A stretch of 64,000 nucleotides of DNA from Podarcis melisellensis (taxonomy: Eukaryota). Positions 13,201 through 26,400 of the stretch are shown one piece after another. The stretch's first letter is position 1. The number at the start of each line of letters is the position of its first letter. Below the pieces are notes generated by a model. The model saw only the letters and a program-made list of their open reading frames with translations, was not told the origin of the DNA and did not search any database. The stretch lies in the NCBI GenBank assembly GCA_964234715.1, contig OZ174289.1; one strand, given 5' to 3'. The position numbers and the translations under genes are program-made.

Positions 13201-16200
13201 TTTTAGCTTTGTATAGCCACAGAGAAGCCAGTGGTTTCTGTACCCCCTCATCTATCCATTCTCCATCCAGGCAAACACTTCAAGGACACCTTCCAAGCAG
13301 GTGTGTAGCCAGCGAGATGTGTGGTCCAGGGAGAAGGCATGTGCTGGGAAGAGTCTTGAGGTCCAGATGGAGAAGCTTGGAAGGCTGCATTCGAATGTAG
13401 TTCAATCCTCCTTGGACAATATTGCCTCCCACCCACACAGGTCATCTTTGACAGGTGGGCAGGACCACCCACCTGCCAGTCACCCAACAACATTGTGATG
13501 TCAGATGATCGACAGGTGGCCAAAACATTTTCCCACCCCTGGGCTAGACAGGTGGACCAATAGCCTGGCCTGCTCTAAGGCAGCTTCCTATGTTCTTGAT
13601 ATGGTATCTCATGATACCACCAAGAGAACTGAAACTGAATATGATGCATATGGGGAGAGGGTATGCTTTGCTACTCAACGCTGATGGAATTAGCACATTT
13701 TTTGCATATGTATATATGTGTGTGTTTTAGGGTCTTTCAATAGAAGAAAAAGAAATTCCCTCTACGTAACGGTGACTCTTCTCATTGTGTCTCTGTTAAT
13801 TCTTACGGTTGGTCTTGCTGCCACGACAAGAACGCAAAATGTGACTGTTGGAGGTTATTACCCAGGGGTTATTGTAAGTATAGAACTCCTAGGTAGGTCA
13901 AGAAGCTGTGTTGCTCCCGCCCAAGTCCCCACAAACCTTCCAAATTTATTAGAATGTCTTAAGTGTTAATCTCTGCTCATTTGCTTTCTGCCTTCATTGA
14001 ATGTTTTGTTTCCTTGAGACTTTCCAGATTTTGTTGGAATGCAGCTTCCATCCTTCCTCACCATTGGCCATGCTGGATGGAGCTGGTGGCCTCAAAGTCC
14101 AACATCCTATGGAGGGTCATGAGTTCCTTACTTCTGCCTTAAAATATGGGGGTGGGGGCCTGGTCCACACATACATGTTTATCACTGGGTGACTGCAACA
14201 CAATTACTTGCATGTGTGGGCATAACACCCTTGAGCCAATGGCTTCCATATGGAGTCACATTCAGTGGCAAATCATTTGGGACTGGTTCACACATAAGTA
14301 TCTACCTCTGATAAGGGGAGTGAAGGAGCTGTGGCCCTCCAGATGTTGTGGGGCTCCAGCTTCTGTCATCCCTAGCCAACAAGGTCAGTGTTCAGTGACA
14401 ATGAGAATTCAGTAACATCTGGAGGGTCTGTCTCTGCTCTACAGATTGCTGTTCACTTGTTGGCTCGTAGCTGAATGTCTGACCTGACTCCGCTGGGTAG
14501 TGTTGGGAGTGAAGTGATATGGATGTTCTGTCTGTGGTGTTAGGCTTGTGGTGGCTCACTTATGTATGCAAAGGTCCCCTTGGTTATCCAGTGAGAAACA
14601 TGTGCCCCTGAACAAGTCCATGGTCTGTCACTTAGTTCTTGATCCACCAAACATGTGAGCCACCCCCATTGCCAATGTGTTTCACTCAACTTCATATGAA
14701 AGTTGTCTCTGTGGCTGTTTAACTGAGGGCTCACACCTGCAGCCTAGTGCCACACCACACATGCAAGTGTGAACTAGTGTTATGATCATACCTGGAACTA
14801 ATGGTGAGAACTGGGTATTTCTGCTAGTCTCCCAATGACTTCCATTGGTGGTGAGTAGATCGACACCAGTAGATCAAAAAGGGACCACCATGGAAAAAGC
14901 CTCTATGTGCCTGTGCTGTGGGTTTCAGATGTGCAGTGATTGCATGCTCAACTCCTTCCAAAACTGCAACATCAATGCAGAGGAAAGTTCACGCGGGGCT
15001 ACTGGCCGGTCTTCTGAAACAGGAAAATGCAGAAATGCCTCTAAACCCGTGTCTACAATTGCACCAAGGTGTGATTCATAATTAACTGCTGCAGGCTCAT
15101 CTGCCATATTTATGCCCCATCTCACTTAATGAGGTACATAAAATAATGGAGGCTACATAAATGGTTCCAATCACTTGGAGGAAACGTAGCTGGAAGCTGC
15201 ATTTGGCTGTAGCTAACTGGCAGGCCAGCACCCATTTGGAGGCATTCAGCTCCCCTTCACATGCTACAAGCGCCCCACAAACAAGTCTTAAATCTGCTGC
15301 TGTTATGTGTGAGCTATTCCTCTGATGTCACACTGAGGACACAAGACAGTGGCCTGGTACATCCATGCATGAAGCAGCCTCCATTGCTCAGCCCTTAAGT
15401 ACTGTGACCTTGGTGCTTTACAGCTGAACATGTGAACCAATCCCATGAAAACATGTTGGATTTGTGTGGTGTGGGGTGCTGCAAAAATTTCTGATTCTGG
15501 TATTAAATCTCTATGCTGAACTGTTTGTCCGTGTTTGCCTTTGATGTTGCATGTCCTGTACTATGCATGTCTCTATGCATGTCACAGAATGCCTTGCTGC
15601 TGAACTTATATCTGCTGATTTTGTAGCCCATCTCTGCCATCTGGATTTGTTTTTAGCGAGCTGGCTCAGAATGCAAAGTGTCCTGAGATAGCTTAGTACA
15701 TATGAGAACTCAGAAAGCCAATGTTGGATTTGCCCAGTGCATGCTTAAGATAGTTGGGTCTTTGCAATGTCCTACCCCTGCTCTATATCTTTTCTGTATC
15801 TCTTCTGGGTAGAATACACCAACCCTTTTCAGAAGGGATCTTCATTCTGCTCTTATAATACTGTATTGAAACACTTTCTGCTCTCATTTTTCTCATCAGA
15901 ATGTTGGAAAGTGATCCCGTCAAAAGGGCAGAGTCAGAATATCTACTACTCTGGCCCCTTAAATGTCAGTCCATGCAATCTTGGCTGCAGGATAATGTAG
16001 GTGCGCTGCGCAGCAAATACTCTCATTTCAGCTGGAATGATTCAAAATGTCAGTACATGGTACAAGACTGTGGACATTTCCACTCTGATCTCTAGGTTGC
16101 AGAAAGAAACCATCAAGCTAGCAAGTGTTTCTTAGCTTAGCACACTTTGGGTTGGTTCACACATGCATTGCCTTATTTCTCACAGTTAAATGTGTAATTG

Positions 16201-19200
16201 TTTCCATTAGCAGACCATTTGCGCTTTGTTATGTTATCTCCCTGGCATGTAAACCTCTAATGTCTTGTTCACACATGCAAGCCTAATGCTGCAATCCTAA
16301 TGTACCAGTATATATGAATTGGCATTTCAGAGAGAGTGTAAGCTGATTTTGTAGCCTGGTAGTGACATCAGAACTTTAGGTTGGCACACTTAAAATGGGT
16401 TAAGGCACTCTGTCAACCTAGCACAAGAAACCCACTTAAAAATAAAAACATAACATTTTTGTCATTTGGAAAGCGATGAGGAAATGCATTTAAAAGTGTG
16501 GGATGAACAAATGACTAGTGGGAAGATGTGTAAACACCCCACAAGGAATTCAGGATGAATGCCCATTGTCTTAAAACAATAATTATAACAATAATCATAA
16601 TTTGTCCCACAAACAAATTGGAATGACTGGTAAGTAAATACCAGATATAGGGCCATTCCAGACATTCTGTTTATTGAGCATTCATGATTATTTGGGCTCA
16701 TGAAGGTGCTGAGGCAGTTACACATCATCCCATTTGCACCTGCAAAAGTTTCAGTTTCAACTGGTGCATGAACTGTGGCTTCCTGCTGAAGTCCTGTAAT
16801 TTTTCATACCACAAATGCTCCTTTGTCCCGTTTCTGTTGCGCAGGTGTAGCGCAGGTGTGCCCCTCCACATGGCAGTAATGTGGTCATGTTGGGGAAGCA
16901 TCAAAGAACTACCAAAGCATAATGATGTTGGGGAGGTCCAGTCAGAATCCATCACCAGTGCATGATAATTGACATGTTGCAAAATGCATTCATGGGTGAC
17001 TGGAGGTGCCCTTGGTCTAACCACCATGTAAGCATTCTGCATGCAAATAAAGATGAATGCTCAAAGAGGTTCTCAGGAGGCGCCATATGTGGGTATCTGT
17101 GCTTTTGCTACCTGCTTAGGTCTCGTTCCCATGCTAACCATGCATATGAACCAGCCCCTACTGTAATCAGTACTCTACCGAATAAACTGATGCATTAAAT
17201 CAAGGATAGGAACTCTGTGGCGTTTCAGATGTTGCTTCCCTCAACGCTAACCATGAGGCATTCCAGCTGAGGCTTGGAGAACTACAGATTCCTGACCCCT
17301 GTGTTAAACAGCTGTATTACACAACACCTTGTTTAATTCCTTTATAATATTATCTGTTAGTACTCTAAAGTCCACTGTTACTTCCTGCCAGTGTTTAATA
17401 AAATCATAGAAACAGATCTGGAAGTTATCCCATCCAGTTTTAAGGATCTTTCATGTACAGTGGTACCTCTGGTTGCGAACGGGATCCATTCCGGAGGCCC
17501 GTTCGCAACCTGAAAAAATGCAACCCACGCCTGCGCACGCACGGGTCAAGATTTCTGCTTCCGCGAATGAGCATGATGTCATTTTGCACGTCTGTGCATG
17601 CATGAGCGGTGAAACCTGGAAGTAACCCTTTCCGGTATTTCCGGGTCACGCGGGACGCAACCTGAAGCAAACGTAACATGAGGTATGTCTGTACTATAAC
17701 ACTTCCACAGCTTACAGCTGGGAAGAGGAACCTGTGACATCCCAGATGTTGCTGGACTTGCAACTCCCATCAGCCCTAGTCATCCTGCCCAGTGCTTAGG
17801 GATGACAGGAGCTCAGTGCTTAGGGATGACCGCAACATCTGGAGGACAACAGATTCTCCACTCCTGCCATACAGTGAGCCACCATTCTGTCACATCCTAG
17901 CATGATTGGGCAACTTAACGCTGGAAGGAGTTGTGCACAGATAGAAGCAACTTCATTCTCAGTTGATTGACTCCCGACCCCTGCAGCTGGAACCACTAGG
18001 AGTAAACTTAGTATACAAGTACATCTCATTTTCCTCCCTGCCACATCTGCTACTGTTGGGGAAGGGAGGTGCCGCATTTGAGAACATTTGCAACAGAGAA
18101 AAATAAAACCACCCCTTGACACAGGGTTACCCTGCCCTTAATAACGCTTCGCTCCTTCAATCATGTCCCCTCTGTCATCCATCATGGGCTTTTTGCTAAT
18201 TTATTCCATTAAGAGCATTTTGGCACTTATACGCTCTGGTGGATGGACAGCTCACTAAGCAACCACTATGACCGGCAAATGACCCAGGTTATGGGTAATT
18301 AGATGCACAGGCAGATGGAATCCATATCTGGATTCAGTGCTCTCTGATCAAGGATGATGTGCTAGTACAAGGGTGAGAATAATGGTTGCATAACCTGATG
18401 TCCTATGCAACAGTTTTGCTAGCAGAAGCTTGTTATGCAACAGGATGTATTGGGGCAACAGCAGTCTATTCTGTGATCAGCCATGAGAACCATGCTGGCT
18501 TGCTGCACCGTATCATGTGTCAAATATTATGCTCGCGCAACTAGTGCACCACTAATGGACTTGAACTTAGTGCTACATTGAATTCTTCTCCCTGCCCCCA
18601 TCCATAATCACTAACTATATAGATAGAGGACGACAAGGCAAGGCAGCCCATCACAATTGGGGTGAATAAGCAACTTGCACTAAGACACCTCATGCACTAC
18701 TCACTGAGCGGAAGGTTGCACCTGTCTACAGGGATCTTGGCCACCCTGAAGTTTTAATTCTCAAGTAGCAGTGGTGTTTACTAATCAGCACATAGTCAGT
18801 GCCAGCAGGTTGGTTTACATGTGCACATACGTCATGTGTTTATGCTCATCGAGACACGTGTGAACTGTTTCAGCGAGGAAGCGTTTCTTCCTTGGCTGGT
18901 ATGAAAACCCTGTCTGTGACAATCAACTAGTGATTGCACATTTATGCATGCAAGTTATTGCTTGATGAGAGGATAGAACGGGATGAACCCATGTTATGAT
19001 CATATTAGTTTCTGCAAAGAGGTCTGCAGAATCCTCCTCTTCTTTACAACCTCATCCTTTCCTACTCTTGCACCCAGAGGTCAAAGTTGAGAATCAGAAG
19101 AGCTGTTTGAGGCAAGCACCTGGCTCTCTTCTGCTGTGTTGCCCCTAATACCTGGCAGGCCTGTCTTTCTGGGTTCCCAGTAAACAGCAGCTTGTGTAGC

Positions 19201-22200
19201 TGGGCTGATTAAAGCTGTTCTCTTCCTCCTGTGGAAGCAGCATCACGGGTAGCAATAGCTGTTGCTTTGGTGCAGAAAAAAACGCCAAAAATTCTGCCAG
19301 TGGTGGGATAGTTTTTATGCTACTGCCAGATCCATCTGATGGCTCTGAGATTGGTGGTGCCTGCCAGCTACATTTATTAAGCAGGTATCATAAGAGATGT
19401 ATGAATAAGAAGTCCTTGACTCAATTGGAAGTCTGCCTCAGCTGGCTACTCCAGTTATGTCAATCATTTGTAAGACCATTGCTGCATTATTGCTGTCAAC
19501 CTGCATTAAAAATTATTTTTGCATGCATTTTGCCTAATTTCTAAAAGCTCCTCTTTATTACATGATTTACTTCTACTGGTAAAAATCAGGAATACTGATG
19601 CAATATTTTGGTGATTCTGTTTTTTTGTTTTTTTAAATCCTCAGATTTTTAAGGCTTCTGACTGAGTATGTGGTGTGTGGTCTCCCCCCCCCCCCAACCC
19701 TGGTTTCTAATTCTGCATCTGTGCTAAATGGTTAAAAGGGATGACTTCTAAAAGATCTAAAACATTTTTTAAAACCTTGCCTTTCAGCTTGGCTTTGGGT
19801 CATTTCTTGGAATTATTGGATCAAATTTGATAGAAAATAAAAGGCAAATGGTAAGTTTTTTAACAGTTGTAAAGTTACTGTCATTTTAAGTTAACTGTCA
19901 TGTTGGCTCAATATTCCTCACACTGACTGGCAGCAGTTCGCCTGGTCCAGGGTCCTTCCCAACCCTACCAGGTGGTACCAGTAACTGAACCCAGGACTCT
20001 CTGAGTGCAAAGGGTGTACTCTGTCACTGAGATACATGGATTCACCTAATGCGCATTGGAAGCTACCTTAGACCTCTGATCCCCATCTACCTTGGTAATG
20101 TCTGCTCTGACTAGCAGCAGCTCTACAAGGTCTGAAGAGGTAACCACCTATTAACCTGACCCTTTCAACTGGAGGTATTGGGAACGAGACCTAGCTATTC
20201 TTTTGCTTGCAAAGCATGTCCTAGACCAAAGTATTTATTTATTAAATGGTTTATATCCTCCCCTCAATAAATATTTCCTGGGTGACTTGCAAGTATTAGA
20301 AATACAATGTATAGCAATAAAAATCAACAGCAGATAATAAAAGATAGCAAAAGCATTGAAGCAGAAGCAACCCTTCTCCTAAAAAGCTCAGCATTGCCTC
20401 AAGCCAGAGGTTGCCAACAGATTGAACTGTGTGCTTCACTGTTGTTTGCCAAGGTGCCTGCGGACCCCAAAAGGTATGTCACTCCTGCCTCTGGAAGTAA
20501 CCCTTAAACAAGGCTACCACCTTTCCCCAGATGGATGGGTCTGAGAAGCAGAGAGTATAGCCAGACCCCTAGCCAGGTGGTTACCCCATCAACTCAACTC
20601 GGACCAAGTCAGAGCTATCAGTTTCCCATTGCCTCCGTTGGCAACAGTTCCATCAGGCTGCACCTCAGGGGAAAGTGGTCCAGCAGGGCCCTCCCGTCTG
20701 CTTCTGTGGGTTAACAACCTCAAGATCAGCCAGGCCAACCCCAAGTCCACTTGCAAATCCCTCTCCCTGCAGCCACGGTGGGGGAAACTCTAGCCCTCCA
20801 GATGTTGAGCCGCAACTCCCATCATCCCTGATCATTGGCCATGCTGGCTGGGGTTGATGGAGTCCAGCAGCATCTCAGAAGGCCATAGGTCCCTCACCAC
20901 TGCTCTATAGGGAGGGGTCTAGAATCCAGACTATGTCATCAACTGCCACAGGCCTGAAGAGGCCGCCATACATAAAAAGATAGACATCTGTGTAACCCCA
21001 GTGGTTGTATATATCTCTGCTGGGGTTTTCATTGGCATAAGCAGCTTTTGGAATCCGATCTCTGCTGTTATGTCAAAATAATCAAATAAACGGTCACTTC
21101 TAGGCCCCTTCTCTTCCCAGAACTGACTCCTGGAGCTCCACTATATAACTATTTCTCTTATAATAACATTGTGAAACAGCCAGTATCCTGAATCGGCTTG
21201 CTTTCCTTCCCTTCTCCCCCCATTTTCCTGACCCACAGCTCTTCTCTTAAACTGTATAAATCACCCGTTGTGATGGAGAAGCAGTAGTTCTATGTAATAA
21301 TGCAAGTACCTTGGGGCAGGTAATCAGGAAGTAGTCAGGTGGAACAGCAGTGGCCTGGCAGCCCCAGGGGATGCTGCCCCAGTAGTCTTCCTCAGTGGCC
21401 GGTTGCCCAGGCTGCAGGAGTCATGCAGGGATCAGCTAATCTTGGTCATTCCGTTCCATCTTGCATTCCAAGTTGTGCTTTCAGAATTCCATTCCTCTGT
21501 CTTCTGTCATCAGCTCAAGACACTGGCTCTTTCCTTTTGCCAACCACAGACCTGGGACGATACTTCCAGTCCTAACCCTCCCAAAACTTGGGAGAGTAGC
21601 ATTTTGCACACATGCCTTGGCAATTGCTGTAGCATTGAGCTGAAGGGAGCATCCATTATTTGTAGTATTACATAGAGCAAGGACTCATGGAAGCCTTTTT
21701 TTAAAAAAACTGATTTACTGAGAAAGCTCTGCAGTGATGCAAGCTGCAGTGATGATTGATCAAGAAAACTATGGCTTTGGGACTCGTGAGCCAAAGATAT
21801 AAAACAAGACTTGAGAATCTTGTAGAGGGGAGTAGATTACCTACATGTCTTTTAAAAAAACGACAACTAAAGAAGGACGAACAGCATTAGAAACTGACCT
21901 CTAGAGTAGGTGTGGGGAGCTCTCTGGCCCTGCTGATGTTGTTGAAGTACAACTTCCATCATAGCCAGACTTGGTAGGGTTGATGGGAGTTGTAGTTTAG
22001 CAATACTTGGAGGGCCAAAGTTTCTCCTTTCCTGTTCACTAGGTCAAAATGTTGTTACTTATTACTGTAATCTATTTTTGTATGATAATATTAAATAATA
22101 GCAATAGCTTTTTCGTGAAAATAAGAAATTGTGTACACATTGAATGTTTATTAATTATTTATTGAGAGGGAGAGTCTTTAAGAATCATATGCATAGATGT

Positions 22201-23406
22201 ATTGTGGTATGTGATTTTTTTTTATATAAAAAAAATTCTGTGATTTTCTTGTCATTTATATCCAAACATTAATATTTTAAAGGATATTTCAGGCAGCAGA
22301 AATCTAACCATTCGCTCCTATTAGCAGATTGATCTGGGTTATTAAACTATACAAACCTGCTTAAAAAAGGAACGGGCAGTTGTCAGCCAGCATATCAATA
22401 AATCAGCAACTCCAGAAAATATAATCAGGGATAGGGCAAAACCTTGCATGTTTTTTTTAATATAGAAGCAGATGACTCCATGTAGCTTTCTCTTTTCCCA
22501 CAGCTGGTTGCTTCAATCGTGTTCATCAGCTTTGGCGTCATCGCTGCCTTCTGCTGTGCCATTGTGGATGGTGTGTTTGCTGCCAGGCACATAGTGAGTA
22601 CCAGCCGACTGGATATGTGATTGTGTTGCCACGTCCACCACGCTTGTGAGCAGGGCTGCATACTGGCACGCCAGAAAGAGCTGTGGGAAAGCACAAAATA
22701 AAGGATTTGCATGCAGAATCCAGTTTCTTGGTATTCTCAGCTTTGCTTTTAAAAAGCCAGACACTAGTCCTCATGCCAATGAACATGCCTGAAAGCATGT
22801 GGGCATTGCTCAGTGGGGAGTCCAGAGGACCTCATGAGACCTGGCCTATGCATGCAATGGAATGAGTTGTTGGCAGCAGGGGCGCCATCTCTAGTGGGGC
22901 CCGAGCATGCACAAAAATTTGGTTGTGGGTGCTCAGCACCCACTGCAGGCCCCCTGATGCAACTTCCGGTGCTTTGCAGAGCAGAGGAAGTCACACCCGA
23001 GACCTCGGAGATGCTGTCCAACGCCTAGTGAGGTCTCGGAACCTGGCTTGCGGTGCCACTGGAAGTCAGGTTCTGAGGCCACGGGGCGTCATGACATCAC
23101 ATTTCAACATAATGTCATGAAGTCACATCAGTGTGCTGGCCATCCATAACCTGGGGCCCAAGTCGGTGCCCCTGGTTGGCAGCATGGGGTGTTCGATTTC
23201 AGGCTTCAGATGAGGAGGTGCCGATTTTTAGACTTACCTTCTTTTTTTTTTTTTTTTTTTAAATAACCTTACAATTTTTATAAAAAATCCTAAACCTAAC
23301 ACACCATGGAAAAAGGTGATAGCCCAGCCCAGTTTGCTCTGCTGGTTTTCTGTTTGCATGGTGTGTTTTTGTTTTCATTGTAGGGGGAAAGCATTTCAAA
23401 ATGTGT

Positions 23407-23445
<39 letters not shown>

Positions 23446-26400
23446 AAGTGGTATAGCCTATTTTACCACCTCATTCAGCTACAGGTTTAACATCCCTAGC
23501 ATTTGGGGGGTGAAGTCAGTGCCTGCTATAGCAGCTTGCCCCTTGCTATGACTAGCAGAATCAAAATAAGTTATGCGAAGTAGCTATAATATCAAGATAA
23601 AATGCAAAGTTCTACAGACTCCTATCAGTTTGCATTGAGATGCAGAATCCAACTTTTCTTTGTGTGAGGAAGTCAGCGGAAGTGACCTGGTCACTTCTAG
23701 GAACAACAGTCTTTACTCCTTCATGCACTAACTAGAGCTAAACATGCTAGTTATATCAGGCTGCCTCTCTCACATTTTTCAAACCACAAATATTCCATTG
23801 CCTTGTTGTTTCTGTGCCACTTTTGTTCTGCTATAACATAAGAGTGTCCCACAAGAGTACTCCAGTATCAGAGGTATCTGTTGCTGGGGAGCACCGATGA
23901 GGAGGGTGCTATTACACTCATCTCGTGCTTGGCTGAAGGGCACTGCAGAGGCTTTTCCTGATATTAGCCATTAGGGATGCTGTAATTTGCAATAAAAAGC
24001 CCAAACAAAGAGCTTTTCAAAGTGATAGAAAAAGAAGTTAAGAATGGAGGAAGAGAAGATGTATAGATATGTCTTATTGGAAGTGTGCTCCTCTCAGCCA
24101 AATCACAAATAATTGCAAGTAACTGCAGAGGGTGCTGAGAATTATTAGAACCCTGTTCCCATCCCAGATCTACACTTCCCAAAGTGGTTTAACAATCAGT
24201 GCCTTTTCCCAGTGAGTTGTGGGAGTTGTAGCTCTGTGTGGGAAATAGCAGGGTCTCCCAGCACCCTTAGCAAACTACAGCTCCCAGAATTCTTTGGAGG
24301 AAGCCATGGCTGTTTAAAATGGTATTATAGTGCTTAGTAGTGTTATGGGTTGCCATACTTTGAAGAGCAAAAAAACAAAAGAGGACACATTTGCCGACTT
24401 CTACTTTCAACTGTGGATCGCTACGGCGACTCTCATTTTACACACTCATGAAAAAGAGGACATGTCCTGGAAAAAGAGGGACATATGTGAACCCTAGCAG
24501 CTGCAGATAGCACTTAGGAAGGTGGACTTTGGCCTGATCCTGCAGGCCTGTTCTTATGTTCTTACGTTCTTGTGCACTACTGGGTGTTGTTTTCCTTTGT
24601 GTTCCTTTCAATCAGGTGTAGGATGTCTGAAAATATGGTTAATTTGAGTATCTGCCCACTGTTTCAGCAAAAAAAAATATCAGGGTTGATTCACTTCCTC
24701 TTTTTTCATTTTTTTTTAAACTCTACTATTTTTCTTACCTTTTTTTTTTAACAGGATCTCAGGCCACTGTATGCAGGACGATGTCACTACTATTCCAAAA
24801 GTACAGCTCAGCCAGAGGTATGTAACTGTGCTCCTGCTCCCTCAGTTTCTGCAACATGAGTGAGCAGGAAATTCTGGGTGATAAATGGGGGAGAAATGCA
24901 GTTTGGCTGGAATTTTAATGCAAACCTACCTAATCCATCCTTTCTAAAACAATACACAAACTGAAACACAGCCATCCTTAGAAATCTGCACTTCTCCAAA
25001 TGTTGGGATGCAATTCTCCAACCAAATAATTGTGTAAAAAAAAAAGTGCATGTTAAGGGAAAGTGTGCATTTTAAAATGTGCAGAAATAATGTATAATAT
25101 TGCTTTGCAAAAATGTGTATATTAGACAAAACTGCCTACAAAAATGTGCATGTTAGGACAAAATTGCACTACATTTTTGAGAGGACTTTTAAAAAAAAAA
25201 CAGGATGCAGAAACACGGAGAACTGAACTGGAAAAATGAGAAGAGAGAAAAACCCAAATTGGCAGATTTGTTGATCTCTAAAGTTGCCTGTTCAAATACT
25301 CCACCTGTCTGGTTTGCAGGAACCAAACTTTTCCAGCCCTTCAGAAATCTTGTTCTCATAAACAAAAAAATGATGTTTCTAGAGTGCACAACTACAGGGG
25401 GAGGAAAGCACATGCTCCTCTGTGTTAAAAAATAAAATCAGTGCATATTGAAAAGTTTGTCTCAGGGGAAATAGTTTATATAAGATATCTTCTTGATGTG
25501 CTAGGGATGAAGGTCTGTAGTGACATTTTTTTGTTTACTGTTTGTGGCGGGGGAGCATTCAGACGCATGCTCTCGCACTTGCAGTTAACCAGAAGTGGTA
25601 CAAATCAGAAATGGGCTTCTGGAAATGCTGTAGGAGCAAACCTGCCAGTTCCAGAAATAGATGGTTTTCAGCTTCTGTAAGCCCTGTCTCTGTTGTTTAA
25701 ACAGGCAGTCTGCCACCCCCAGCACCGCAGCCCCTGCACGCCCAAGATCAAAGGCAACACCTGCTTCTGCTGCGACCTCTACAACTGTGGGAGGTGAGTG
25801 ACATGGAAAAGCCTCACCTGTAGGCAGAGAGTGAAATGGGAGAGCTCAAGCCCCTGGGTCAATCCTGCAGTCTTGAGTATGAAGGAGTTGTTTCAGGCTG
25901 AGACTATACATTTAAAACAGTATCACTCCACTTTAAACAGCCGTGGCTTTCCCCCAAAGAATCCTGGGAACTGTAATTTGTTAACAGCACTGAGAGTTGT
26001 TAAAAGGTAAAGGACCCCTGACAGTTACGTCCAGTCACACATGACTCTGGGGTTGCAGCACTCATCTCGCTTTACAGGCTGAAGGAGCAAGCATTTGTCC
26101 GCAGACAGTTTTTCCGGGTCATGTGGCCAGCATGACTAAGCCGCTTCTGGCGCAACTGAACACCAAAACCAGAGCAGCGCCCAGAAACACTGTTTACCTT
26201 CCCACTGCAGTGGTACCTATTTATCTACTTGCATTGGCATGCTTTTGAACTGCTAGGTTGGCAGGAGCTGGGACAGAGCAATGGGAGCTCATCCCGTCGT
26301 GGGGATTCAAATCACCGATCTTCTGATCGGCAAGCCCAAGAGGCTCAGTGGTTTAGACCACAGCACCACCCACGTCCCTGAGAGTTGTTAGGAGAACCCT

